A DNA stretch of 64,000 bases, taken from a bacterium (GTDB lineage Bacteria; UBA8248). Positions within the stretch are counted from its first letter, which is position 1; each line of letters starts with the position of its first letter. Shown piece after piece: positions 31,905 to 43,594 of the stretch. Position numbers and translations under genes: made by a program. Below the pieces are notes generated by a model, which saw only the letters and a program-made list of their open reading frames with translations, was not told the origin of the DNA and did no database searches. The stretch covers positions 544,001 to 608,000 of the forward strand of contig OZ244799.1 in assembly GCA_965219955.1 (NCBI GenBank). The letters run 5' to 3'.

Positions 31905-32227
31905 GATTCTTAATAATGGGATTATTGCGCAATCCGTGCTTTCGAAGTTTGTAAGCTGTTGAATTTTAAAAAGATGCGGGATGACGAGGGTCGTCCCCCT
32001 TATTTTCTTCACATACATTTCGTTTTTCGGCCCGTCTTGAAGAACGATTGGCGAAAGGGACCCTGACTACCATTTCGCTCTACCGGCGTTTCCGCTGATT
32101 CCAGAGGGAGACGCCGGGCGAGAACCGCCTGATTTTCAATCGAGATTTCTTGAATACGCCGTTTTGTCCCGATATCGGACGAAGCGCATGATTCATTGTT
32201 GAATCAATTATCCGTGGATGATGTTCG

Positions 32228-34582
32228 ATGGATAGTCGCACACTGCAAGGCATTGAATTCGCGAGTGTTCTGAAGTTGCTGGAGGCTCGCTGCGCCTCCG
32301 CGTCCGGAGCGGCTGCGGCCGGGGCGCTCCTTCCGGCCACCTCGTCTTTCGAGGTCGATACCCTGCTCGACGAGACCGACGAAGCGGTGGATCTCCTCGG
32401 CGCCGGTGAATACATGCCGCTGGCGGCGTTCGATGACCCCGAAGAATGGCTCGAGGACATCAGGCGCAGGGGAGGGAACCTCGAAGGCGAAAAATTCCTC
32501 TCGATTCTCTCCCTGCTGAACCTCGCCTCCGACGTTCGCCGCTTCGTGGAGGAGCGCGCCGAGAGGCTGCACAGGCTCAGGATGCGCATTCACGGCGCGG
32601 ATATGCAATATCCCCTGGCCGCGCGAATCCGGCGCATTCTCGATGAGCGCGGCGAGGTGCGCGACGATGCGAGCCCGGATCTGAAGGAATCGAGAACGAA
32701 ACAGCGCGCGCTCAGGGCCGAGATACGCCGCCTGCTCGACAGGATAATGACCGCGCACCCGAATGCGATTCAGGAGAATCTGATCGTCCAGCGGCGCGAG
32801 CGGTATCTGGTTCCCGCCAGGACGACCTTTAAGCGCTCCTTCGAGGGCGTCATACAGGATCGCTCCGCGAGCGGGGAAACCCTGTTCGTCGAGCCGCTTT
32901 CGGCGGTGCCCGTCAACAACGCCATCGCCGAGGAACGCGAGGCCGAGCGCGCGGAGGTCGAGAGAATCCTGCGCGACCTGACCGCGGAGGTGATGGCGGC
33001 GCGCGAGGCAATCGTATATCTGGTGGGATGCCTGGCGGGGCTCGACCTCATCTGGGCGAAGGCGCGTCTGGGTGTCGACTGGCGCGGCTCACGCGCGCAG
33101 GCGAGCGCGGACGGAGGCCTCCGGCTGCGAGCCGCGCGGCATCCCCTCCTCACGGCGGGCGTCGGCGCGGTGCCGAAAGAACAGGTGGTGCCCATCGATC
33201 TCGAGGTGGGAAGCCAGGGGGTGCGCCAGCTCCTCATCACCGGGCCCAACACGGGCGGCAAGACGGTGGCCCTGAAGACGGTGGGCCTTTGCGCCGCGCT
33301 TCACCAGTGCGGCGTGCCCATACCGGCCGCGCCCGAGAGCGCGCTGCCCGTCTTCAAGACGCTCGTCGCCGACATCGGGGATGAGCAGGACATTCAGCAG
33401 AACCTGAGCACCTTCTCGGGTCACATGGCGCGCGTCTCGGGCGCGGTGCGCGAGGCGAGAGAGGGCGTGCTCGTGCTCCTGGACGAACTGGGCTCGGGCA
33501 CCGACCCGGCGGAGGGTTCGGCCATCGGCGTCTCCGTGCTCGAGCATCTGGCGGCGAGCGGCGCGCTCTGCATCGTGACGACGCACCACGACGCGCTGAA
33601 GCATTACGCCTATGGGGCCGCGCACGCCGAGAACGCATCGGTGGAGTTCGACGCCGGGGATCTCTCGCCCACCTACCGTATCCGCATGGGTGCGGCGGGG
33701 CCGAGCAACGCCATGTCGGTGGCGCAGATGATGGGCTTGCCAGAGTCCGTTCTGGCGCGCGCGGATGCGCTGCTCATGAAAGGCCCCGTCCAGGTGGATC
33801 GCCTGATGGCGGACCTCTCCGATCAGGAGCGCGAGATCGAAGAAAAAGAGGCCGACCTCTCGGCCCGGCGGGCGCGGGTCGAAGAGCGCGAGAGAGAACT
33901 CGATCGCCAGTTAAGCGAGGAGGCGCGCCGAAGGGGCGATGACGCGGCCCGGTTCCTGAAGGACTTGAGGCGCGAGGCCGATGATCTTTTGAACGAGATG
34001 CGCGGGGCCCTCGAAATGGAGGAAGCCAAGCGTATCGCGCGCGAGCGCATCCGCGAGATGAGCGCCAAAATCGAGGAGGCGCTGCCCCGGAGGGAAGAGG
34101 GGGAGGCGGCGCGCGCGCCGGTTTCGCTTCGCAAAGGAGACAGGGTACGCATCCCGCTCATGAATTGCGCGGGCGAGGTGGCCGCCCTGCACGGAGAAGA
34201 CGAGTTGACGGTGACGGTGAACGGCAAATCCCTGCGCTTGTCCTTGAGCGTGGTGGAAGTTCTGGACGATGCGCCGGGCGCGCCTTCCCACAAGAGCACG
34301 GTGACGCACGACGTCGAATCGAGGGGAGGTGATTTCTCGCCCGAGCTTCAGCTGCGCGGCGTGCGCGCCGAACGCGCCGTCGAGATGGTGGATAAATATC
34401 TCGACGACGCCGCGCTCGTGGGAATCGCGTCGGTCCGCATCGTTCACGGCAAGGGAGAGGGGGTGCTCTCCAAGGTGGTCGCCGAGCGTCTGCAGGAACA
34501 TGCGCTCGTATCGAAGTTCGGCCCCGCGCGGCCCGAGGAGGGCGGCTGGGGCGTCACGAACGTGGAGTTGGCCCTGCGCTGA
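32228..34582 (+). CDS. mutS2: MutS2 (ATPase + Smr domain)
   Basis: ITGPNTGGKT, STFSGHM, LLDELGSGTDP, TTH; C-terminal Smr IVHGKG.G, GGWGVT. Confidence 0.95.
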   Translation: MDSRTLQGIEFASVLKLLEARCASASGAAAAGALLPATSSFEVDTLLDETDEAVDLLGAGEYMPLAAFDDPEEWLEDIRRRGGNLEGEKFLSILSLLNLASDVRRFVEERAERLHRLRMRIHGADMQYPLAARIRRILDERGEVRDDASPDLKESRTKQRALRAEIRRLLDRIMTAHPNAIQENLIVQRRERYLVPARTTFKRSFEGVIQDRSASGETLFVEPLSAVPVNNAIAEEREAERAEVERILRDLTAEVMAAREAIVYLVGCLAGLDLIWAKARLGVDWRGSRAQASADGGLRLRAARHPLLTAGVGAVPKEQVVPIDLEVGSQGVRQLLITGPNTGGKTVALKTVGLCAALHQCGVPIPAAPESALPVFKTLVADIGDEQDIQQNLSTFSGHMARVSGAVREAREGVLVLLDELGSGTDPAEGSAIGVSVLEHLAASGALCIVTTHHDALKHYAYGAAHAENASVEFDAGDLSPTYRIRMGAAGPSNAMSVAQMMGLPESVLARADALLMKGPVQVDRLMADLSDQEREIEEKEADLSARRARVEERERELDRQLSEEARRRGDDAARFLKDLRREADDLLNEMRGALEMEEAKRIARERIREMSAKIEEALPRREEGEAARAPVSLRKGDRVRIPLMNCAGEVAALHGEDELTVTVNGKSLRLSLSVVEVLDDAPGAPSHKSTVTHDVESRGGDFSPELQLRGVRAERAVEMVDKYLDDAALVGIASVRIVHGKGEGVLSKVVAERLQEHALVSKFGPARPEEGGWGVTNVELALR

Positions 34583-34612
34583 TGCTCCGCGTTTCGGAAT
34601 GAGGATGCAGGA

Positions 34613-36499
34613 ATGGGACGAGTGCCGGAAGAGGTGGTCGATCAGATAAGGGACGGCGCCCCGATAGAGGACGTCGTCGGCGAGTTCGTGAACCTCAAGA
34701 AGGCGGGGACGAACTACAAGGGGCTTTGTCCGTTCCATGACGAGAAGACGCCCTCGTTCAACGTGAACCCGCGCATGGGCATCTACAAGTGCTTCGGGTG
34801 CGGGGCGGGGGGCAACGCCTTTCAGTTCCTGATGCAGCACGAGGGCATGACTTTTCCAGAAGCCCTCGAACGCCTGGCGAAGCGCCAGGGAATCGACCTC
34901 TCCCGCTATGAGGATTCCCGGGAGCAAGGCCCCCGGAAGCCCGACGCGCGCGGGAAGATACTCGCCGCGAATCGCCTGGCGGCCGATTTCTTCAGGGCGG
35001 CGCTCAAGAGCAGCCCGGGCGAGCGGGGCCGCAAGTATCTGGAGGAGCGCGGCGTTGCGCAAGACGCCCTCGACAGGTTCCGGGTCGGGTTCGCGCCCCC
35101 GCGCTGGGACGCCCTCATCAAGGCGGCGGGCAAAAGGGGCGTATCTCCCGGTGACCTCGCGGAGGCGGGCCTCGCGGTGCGGAGTGAAGACGGAAGCCGG
35201 ATATACGATCGCTTCAGGGACCGCATCATGTTCCCCATCCGCAACCACGAGGGCGAGATCGTGGGCTTCGGCGGGCGTTCGCTACCCGACAGCGATTCGC
35301 GCCACGCCACCGCGAAATACGTGAATTCACCGGATACGGCGCTCTTCAGGAAGGGCCGGACTTTATACGGCTTTTACGAGGGCAGGGAGTCGATTCGCGA
35401 GAAAAAGCGCGTCCTGGTGACGGAGGGGTATTTCGACGTCATATCGCTTTGGCGGCACGGGTTCCAGGAGGCCGTGGCGCCTCTCGGCACGGCCCTGACC
35501 GCCGAGCACATCAGGAGTCTCAGGGCGCACGCCGAGGAACTCGTGTTCGTCTTTGATCCCGATGCCGCGGGTCTCGCGGCTTCCGAGCGCGCGGGTTCGG
35601 TGGCGGGGCGTATGCTCGGCCTCGCGGCCGCGCCCGACCTGCTCGTGGCCGGCGACGTGCTGCGCAAGAACTTCATCGACCGCGACGGTGCGGGCGCCGT
35701 GCGCCTCCGGGTGGTGAACCTGCCCGAAGGGCGCGACGTCGATACGTTTTTGGGGGAAAACGGGGCGGAGGATTTCGCCCGGCTCCTCTCCTCCGCGGAG
35801 GGCATCCTGGAGAACACCGTCCAGACCGCGATGGCCGGAATCGCCGCGGGCGCGAGCCAGGCCGAGAAAATCGAGGCCATCCAGCGGCTTTTGCCCATAC
35901 TCGGGGCTTGCCACCGCAGCGTTCAGGACCAATATTTGGCATTGCTGGAGGATCAGCTCGGGATTCCCTATCCCACGCTGACGGCCATGGTGAGGAGGAT
36001 GCTGGCGGAAAACGCCCGGGAAAGCTCGCCCCGGGGAGAGGAAAAAAAGGTCGATCTGCTGGGGGAGAACCTCGAGCGTCCAAAATTCGAGACGGACGCC
36101 TTGCAGCTTCTGCTCATGAAGCCGGAGTTGGCGTCCGAGGTGCCCGATGGCCTGATGACCGACCCCGCGGTGGGCGAGGTCCTCTCTCTCATGAAATCGC
36201 AGGATGCGGCCTCGCTCACGGCGGCTTCCATTGCGGACAGGCTGGAGAGTCCCGCCGCGCGCGCCCTGGTGGTGGAGTTGGCCGTCGTGGAGGTGGAGCC
36301 CGAAGAAGTCGAGGCGGAGCTTTTCGATTGCATCGAGAGGCTCAGGGAGCGGAGCCGCCGAAAGGTGGAAGCGGATTTGATGAAGCGCATCGAGCAGACG
36401 CGCAAGGATGAGGGGGAGGATTCCCCTGAAATGTGGAAACTCCTGGAGCGGAAAAACGCGCTTTTGCGCGAGCGGCAGAGAGCGGCCTCTCCGCGCTGA
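34613..36499 (+). CDS. dnaG: DNA primase
   Basis: CPFH.EKTPSF..CFGC zinc domain, DRFRDRIMFPI, KYVNSP, EGYFDV, FDPDAAG. Confidence 0.96.
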   Translation: MGRVPEEVVDQIRDGAPIEDVVGEFVNLKKAGTNYKGLCPFHDEKTPSFNVNPRMGIYKCFGCGAGGNAFQFLMQHEGMTFPEALERLAKRQGIDLSRYEDSREQGPRKPDARGKILAANRLAADFFRAALKSSPGERGRKYLEERGVAQDALDRFRVGFAPPRWDALIKAAGKRGVSPGDLAEAGLAVRSEDGSRIYDRFRDRIMFPIRNHEGEIVGFGGRSLPDSDSRHATAKYVNSPDTALFRKGRTLYGFYEGRESIREKKRVLVTEGYFDVISLWRHGFQEAVAPLGTALTAEHIRSLRAHAEELVFVFDPDAAGLAASERAGSVAGRMLGLAAAPDLLVAGDVLRKNFIDRDGAGAVRLRVVNLPEGRDVDTFLGENGAEDFARLLSSAEGILENTVQTAMAGIAAGASQAEKIEAIQRLLPILGACHRSVQDQYLALLEDQLGIPYPTLTAMVRRMLAENARESSPRGEEKKVDLLGENLERPKFETDALQLLLMKPELASEVPDGLMTDPAVGEVLSLMKSQDAASLTAASIADRLESPAARALVVELAVVEVEPEEVEAELFDCIERLRERSRRKVEADLMKRIEQTRKDEGEDSPEMWKLLERKNALLRERQRAASPR

Positions 36500-36575
36500 A
36501 GCGTTTTGAGGGCATTCACGTTTTTTTAGATTCGCACTGGCCGGACTGCCCGGCCGGATGAAAAGGAGAGTGACA

Positions 36576-38360
<1,785 letters not shown>

Positions 38361-38487
38361 GCCGAAAACCTCGCGCGATTGACATTGAACGCGCGCGGGG
38401 CCATATATGCACAGCGAACGGGCGGCGCCCGAGGCGGAGGACGCACCGATCTTCCGATGCGCCCCTCTTGACGGTCGCGTTGCTATC

Positions 38488-38562
38488 GGGCCCATAGCTC
38501 AGCGGTAGAGCCGCCGGCTCATAACCGGCTGGTCCTTGGTTCGAATCCAGGTGGGCCCACCA
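38488..38562 (+). tRNA. tRNA with CAT anticodon, most likely tRNA-Ile2 (lysidine)
   Basis: GGGCCCA acceptor, GCCGG-CTCATAA-CCGGC arm, ACCA end; position after rpoD as for ileX. Confidence 0.9.
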
Positions 38563-38607
38563 CGCGATTTCTGGTTGATTTCCTGATGATGCGAGGAGCA
38601 TGGCGTA

Positions 38608-39360
38608 GTGCACCCGGAACTGGCGGCCTTGATGGAGCTTCAGGCGATAGACGTCCAGATGGATCAATGCCGTGACGCGATTTCCAGAATTCCCGCATCC
38701 ATCGAGAAGGAAGAGCGGTATTTGACGGGGTTCGAGTCGTCCGTCGCGGATCTCGAAGGGGAAGTGGAAGCCGCCAGGAAGAAACTGCGCGAAGCGGAGG
38801 GCGAAATCCAGTCCTTTGATCAGAAGCTGAGAGACACGCGCGGCAAGCAGACCCTCGTCAAGACGAACGAGGAATACCGCGCCCTGGGGGCGGAGATCGA
38901 GGGGTATCAGAACCGGATCAGCGCTCTTGAGGATACCGTTCTCGAGATCATGGAGAGCATGCCGGCGCACGAGGAGAAGCTCGCAGGCGCGCGCGGCGAA
39001 CTGGAAACGGCCCGGGGCAAGGTGCAGGGCGAGGTGAAGAAGTACGAGAGCCGCCGGGCGGATTTCGAGCGTGAATTAAGCGGGCTTCTCGATAAGTCGA
39101 AAACCCTCGCGGGCGGCGTGAGCGAGGAGTGGCTGAAGCGCTATGAGGGCTTGAGAAAATCCCGGAAGGGGCTCGCCGTCTGCGCCGTCGTCAATCGCAC
39201 CTGCCAGGGTTGCCGCATGGCGGAGACCATCAAGCGCTTTCTGGAGATCAGGGATTCTGAGGACAGGATTTACACGTGCTCGAATTGCAAGCGCATCCTC
39301 TACTACCACGAAGAGGGCGAGAGCGTGGAGTTGAGCCTGCCGGCGGTGGACGAGGAATGA
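38608..39360 (+). CDS. Coiled-coil protein with C4 zinc ribbon (DUF164-like)
   Basis: LQAID, KTNEEYRAL..EI, CQGC...CSNCKRILY. Confidence 0.88.
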   Translation: MHPELAALMELQAIDVQMDQCRDAISRIPASIEKEERYLTGFESSVADLEGEVEAARKKLREAEGEIQSFDQKLRDTRGKQTLVKTNEEYRALGAEIEGYQNRISALEDTVLEIMESMPAHEEKLAGARGELETARGKVQGEVKKYESRRADFERELSGLLDKSKTLAGGVSEEWLKRYEGLRKSRKGLAVCAVVNRTCQGCRMAETIKRFLEIRDSEDRIYTCSNCKRILYYHEEGESVELSLPAVDEE

Positions 39361-39770
39361 AGGCGGGCCACCTTCGGATTCACACAGACGGCGCCGCGCG
39401 GGGGAATCCGGGTCCGGCGGGCGCCGCCGCCCTGTTGTACGACGATGCGGGCAACTGCGTGGCGGAGGAGACGAAGTATCTCGGCACGGCGACGAACAAC
39501 GTGGCGGAATACCAGGCGTTCTTGCTGGGCCTTGAGCGCGCGGAGAGGCTCGGCGCCCTTAGCGTGGAAGTCGTGACGGACTCCGAACTCATGGCCCGCC
39601 AGTGGAGCGGTGAGTACCGGGTCCGGAACAAGGCCCTCAAGCCCTTGTATGAGCGGGCGAAGGCGGCGGCGGGGAAATTCGGTTCGGTCGAGGTACGCCA
39701 TGTGCGCCGCGGGGAAAACACGGCGGCCGATGCCGCCGCCAATCGCGCCATCGACGGCGCGATGGATTGA
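39357..39770 (+). CDS. rnhA: Ribonuclease HI-family protein
   Basis: TDGAARGNPG, TNNVAEY, DSEL, HVRRGEN..AD..AN. Confidence 0.9.
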   Translation: MKAGHLRIHTDGAARGNPGPAGAAALLYDDAGNCVAEETKYLGTATNNVAEYQAFLLGLERAERLGALSVEVVTDSELMARQWSGEYRVRNKALKPLYERAKAAAGKFGSVEVRHVRRGENTAADAAANRAIDGAMD

Positions 39771-39845
39771 CGAGTACACTTCCGTGCCACGGTATTCGCC
39801 GGCCGCTGATTGTGTAAGTAACGGCGCGAGAGTATGAAATATCTA

Positions 39846-40209
<364 letters not shown>

Positions 40210-40295
40210 TCGAGATGTTCAGGTACGCGTGCTTCAAAAGCGCGAGAATGCACGCGACGGAAAGATGCTTTGAAATCATAAAGAGTGGAGATGCA

Positions 40296-40679
40296 ATGTA
40301 TTTTGCTTGGCTTCTACTTGTCGCAATACTGGCCGGGGGGTGCGCATCTTATAGCGATATCAAGAACATGCCTGTAAACCGACGCTACCATGTCAGTGGA
40401 GTGTCGGCGGAATCACTTTCTGCATGCATTCGCGAAAGGCTTCAGGAGGAGGGGGGCTTCCCTCTCTACCGGAATTTCGATCTTCGTCGACGGGCGTGGA
40501 TAGTGGCTGCCGCCATAGATGCCTCCAATTATTCCTACTCACTCTCGATTTTTGGCGACACGCCCCGGAACATCACGGTTGAACTGCGATCTTTGAGAAC
40601 AGTTTGGGGCACTCTTCAAGCTCCCGAAGAGAAGATAGCGAAAAATTTGCGTGAATGCGAGAATTTGATTACCCCATAG
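40296..40679 (+). CDS. Hypothetical lipoprotein
   Basis: GGAG SD; hydrophobic signal ending ILAGGC; lower GC than neighbours. Confidence 0.6.
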   Translation: MYFAWLLLVAILAGGCASYSDIKNMPVNRRYHVSGVSAESLSACIRERLQEEGGFPLYRNFDLRRRAWIVAAAIDASNYSYSLSIFGDTPRNITVELRSLRTVWGTLQAPEEKIAKNLRECENLITP

Positions 40680-40797
40680 TTGGAAAGCACCTAGTGCCTC
40701 TCGGTGCGCAGGGGCAGATGACCGTAGGTGAGTTGGTGATCATCGAAGCTGAAAACGTGGTGCCCTGTTTTTCTACTCCATAGGACGAAGAATACAT

Positions 40798-42048
40798 ATG
40801 CGCATGGAATCCCAGGTATCACAAAAAGCGCTGGAACCAACGCTCATCGCCGCCGAGGCGGCCCGGGCGGCGGAGGCGATGGCTCCTCATCTGAGGCCGA
40901 CCCCCGCCCGTCTCAGCGAGAATTTCTCCGAGCAGTTGGGGGTCGAGGTATATCTCAAGCCGGAGAATTTCCAGCGGACGGGTTCGTTCAAGGTGCGCGG
41001 CGCCCTGTACGCGCTGCAAAAACTGGAACCCGCGCAACTCCAGTGGGGCGTCGTGACCGCCAGCGCGGGGAACCACGCCCAGGGCGTGGCCTTCGCGGCC
41101 AAGCAGTTGGGCGTCAGGGCCCTTGTGGTGATGCCCGAAGCCACGCCGAACACCAAGCTCGACGCCGTGCGGGCCCTGGGCGCTGAAACCGAGCTGTTCG
41201 GCGCATCGTTCGATGACGCCTATGCGCGCGCGCGCGCCTACGAGGAAGATCGCGGCCTGACGATGATACCGCCTTTCGATCACCCCGACGTTATCGCGGG
41301 CCAGGGCACGCTGGGCATCGAGATACTCGAGGAAGTGCCTGACGTAGGCACCATCCTCGTGCCCGTCGGCGGCGGCGGCCTCATCTCGGGCCTCGCCGCG
41401 GTGGTGAAGACCCGAAAACCCGGCGTGCGCATCATCGGCGTGGTGGCGGAGGGCGCCGCGGCGCTCATGCGCTCGCTCGATGCGGGGAGAATCGTCGAGT
41501 CGAAAACCGTCCAGACGATTGCGGACGGCATCGCCGTCAAGAGAAACGGGGAGCTTTGTTTCCCCCTGATTCAGGACCTGGTGGATCAGGTGGTCTCGGT
41601 CTCCGACGATGCGATGGCCAACGCCATTCTGGGGCTCCTGGAGCGCGAACGGATGCTGAGCGAGGCGGCGGGCGCCTCCTCCCTCGCGGCGCTCATCGAG
41701 AGGAAAACCAGGGTGAGCGGCAAGGTGGTCGCGCTGATCAGCGGCGGGAATCTGGACGTCAACCTGCTCTCGCGAATCATCGGCAAGGGGCTGGCCCTCG
41801 CAAACCGATACGCGCGGATTCAGGTGCCGCTGCACGATGCGCCCGGCGCGCTCATGCGCCTTTCGAAAATCGTGGCCGATTGCCGGGTGAACATCATCCA
41901 CATCGAACACGACAGGCTTTCGACGGAAGTGCCCATCAACCATACCCTCTCGACCCTTCACATGGAGGTGCGCGGGCGGGAGCATCTCGAGCAACTGATA
42001 CAGCTTCTGCTGCAGGAAGGATACGAAGTGCGCCGGGAGGAAGCGTAA
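40798..42048 (+). CDS. ilvA: Threonine ammonia-lyase with C-terminal ACT domain
   Basis: ENFQRTGSFKVRGA, ASAGNHAQG, PVGGGGLISG, TIADGIAV, SGGN, DAPGAL. Confidence 0.92.
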   Translation: MRMESQVSQKALEPTLIAAEAARAAEAMAPHLRPTPARLSENFSEQLGVEVYLKPENFQRTGSFKVRGALYALQKLEPAQLQWGVVTASAGNHAQGVAFAAKQLGVRALVVMPEATPNTKLDAVRALGAETELFGASFDDAYARARAYEEDRGLTMIPPFDHPDVIAGQGTLGIEILEEVPDVGTILVPVGGGGLISGLAAVVKTRKPGVRIIGVVAEGAAALMRSLDAGRIVESKTVQTIADGIAVKRNGELCFPLIQDLVDQVVSVSDDAMANAILGLLERERMLSEAAGASSLAALIERKTRVSGKVVALISGGNLDVNLLSRIIGKGLALANRYARIQVPLHDAPGALMRLSKIVADCRVNIIHIEHDRLSTEVPINHTLSTLHMEVRGREHLEQLIQLLLQEGYEVRREEA

Positions 42049-42051
42049 CCC

Positions 42052-43593
42052 ATGAGCGGGAAGCGCCGCGCCGTCATCAGCGTGAGCGACAAGAGGGGCG
42101 CGGTGGAACTCGGCGCCGCCCTGGCCGACGCGGGCTGGGAGGTGCTGTCCACCGGCGGCACGGCCGGAGCGCTGCGTGACGCGGGCGTCCCCGTGCGGGA
42201 GGTTTCCGATTATACGGGGCAGCCCGAAATCATGGGCGGCCGCGTCAAGACGCTTCACCCCAAGGTGCTGGGCGGCATCCTCGCGCTCCTGCCCGGGCAG
42301 GAAGAGGAGATGCGGGCGAACGACATCGCGCCCATCGACCTGGTGGCGGTGAACCTCTATCCCTTCCGGGAGACCGTCGCCAGGCCCGGCGTCACGCGGG
42401 AGGAGGCGATCGAGCAGATCGACATCGGCGGTCCCACCATGGTGCGCGCGGCTTCCAAGAACCATGGCCGCGTGGCCGTACTCGTCGATCCGGACGATTA
42501 CCCCGACGCCATCGCCCACATCCGAAACGGAGGTCATTTCCCGCCCGACTGGCTGGCGGGCCTGGCCCTGAAGGCCTTTCGCCACACCGCGAGCTATGAC
42601 GCCGCCATATCCGGCTATCTCGGCGATGGCGACGAGGACGCGCTTCCCGAGTGGATCGAGATGAATCTCGACCGCGTCCAGACGCTCCGCTACGGGGAGA
42701 ACCCACACCAGAAGGGCGCGCTCTACCGTCTCGCCGGCCGGTGCGGTTTTTCTCTTTGCGACGCCGAGATTCTGGGCGGCAAGGAACTCTCCTTCAACAA
42801 TCTGCTCGACGCCGCCGCCGCCGCGGAACTCGCGCACGATCTGGAGGGCGTGGGCTGCGCCGTCATCAAGCACACCAATCCGTGCGGCGTGGGCCTGGGC
42901 GATACCCAGGCGGCCGCCTACGAGCGCGCGCTCGCGTGCGATCCGGTCTCGGCCTTCGGCAGCGTGATCGGCTATAACCGCAAGGTCGATGCAGACACGG
43001 CCGAAGCCATGCGAAAACTCTTCGTCGAGGCGGTGGTCGCGCCCGATTTCGACGATGAGGCGCTCGCCATCATGCGGAAGAAGAAAAACCTGAGAATCCT
43101 GCGCCTTGACGGCCTGGGGGGCGAATCCGCGCCTTCGGGGCTCGACATGCGCTCGATACCCGGCGGAGTGCTCCTGCAGGAGCGCGACCGGCTGTCGGAA
43201 GAGGAGTTCCGCTGGGAGGTCGTCACCCCGCGCGCGCCCTCGGCGGATGAGGAAAAAGCGCTCAGGATCGCCTGGCGGGTGGCGCGCCACGTGAAGAGCA
43301 ACGCCATCGTCATGGCCGACAAGGACGGCACGGTGGGCGTGGGCGCGGGCCAGATGAGCCGGGTGGACTCCACCCGCCTCGCGGCGGAGCGCGCCGTCTT
43401 GCCCCTCGAAGGCTGCGCCCTGGGCTCGGACGCGTTCTTCCCCTTCCGCGACGGCATCGACGCCGCGGCTTCCCACGGCGTGAGGGCGATAGCCCAGCCG
43501 GGCGGCTCCATGCGCGATGAAGAGGTCATCGAGGCGGCGGCCGGGCACGATATCGCCATGGTCTTCACGGGCAGACGCCACTTCAGACATTGA
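42052..43593 (+). CDS. purH: AICAR transformylase / IMP cyclohydrolase
   Basis: SVSDK, STGGT, GRVKTLHP, IDIGGP, LRYGENPHQ, KHTNPCG, SDAFFPF, RHFRH. Confidence 0.97.
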   Translation: MSGKRRAVISVSDKRGAVELGAALADAGWEVLSTGGTAGALRDAGVPVREVSDYTGQPEIMGGRVKTLHPKVLGGILALLPGQEEEMRANDIAPIDLVAVNLYPFRETVARPGVTREEAIEQIDIGGPTMVRAASKNHGRVAVLVDPDDYPDAIAHIRNGGHFPPDWLAGLALKAFRHTASYDAAISGYLGDGDEDALPEWIEMNLDRVQTLRYGENPHQKGALYRLAGRCGFSLCDAEILGGKELSFNNLLDAAAAAELAHDLEGVGCAVIKHTNPCGVGLGDTQAAAYERALACDPVSAFGSVIGYNRKVDADTAEAMRKLFVEAVVAPDFDDEALAIMRKKKNLRILRLDGLGGESAPSGLDMRSIPGGVLLQERDRLSEEEFRWEVVTPRAPSADEEKALRIAWRVARHVKSNAIVMADKDGTVGVGAGQMSRVDSTRLAAERAVLPLEGCALGSDAFFPFRDGIDAAASHGVRAIAQPGGSMRDEEVIEAAAGHDIAMVFTGRRHFRH

Positions 43594-43594
43594 G

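Noticed and set aside
38488-38562. Initiator or elongator tRNA-Met
   Set aside because: Paired 1:72 and no three consecutive G-C anticodon-stem pairs of the initiator type; acceptor stem and rpoD-adjacent position favour tRNA-Ile2, although elongator Met is not fully excluded.
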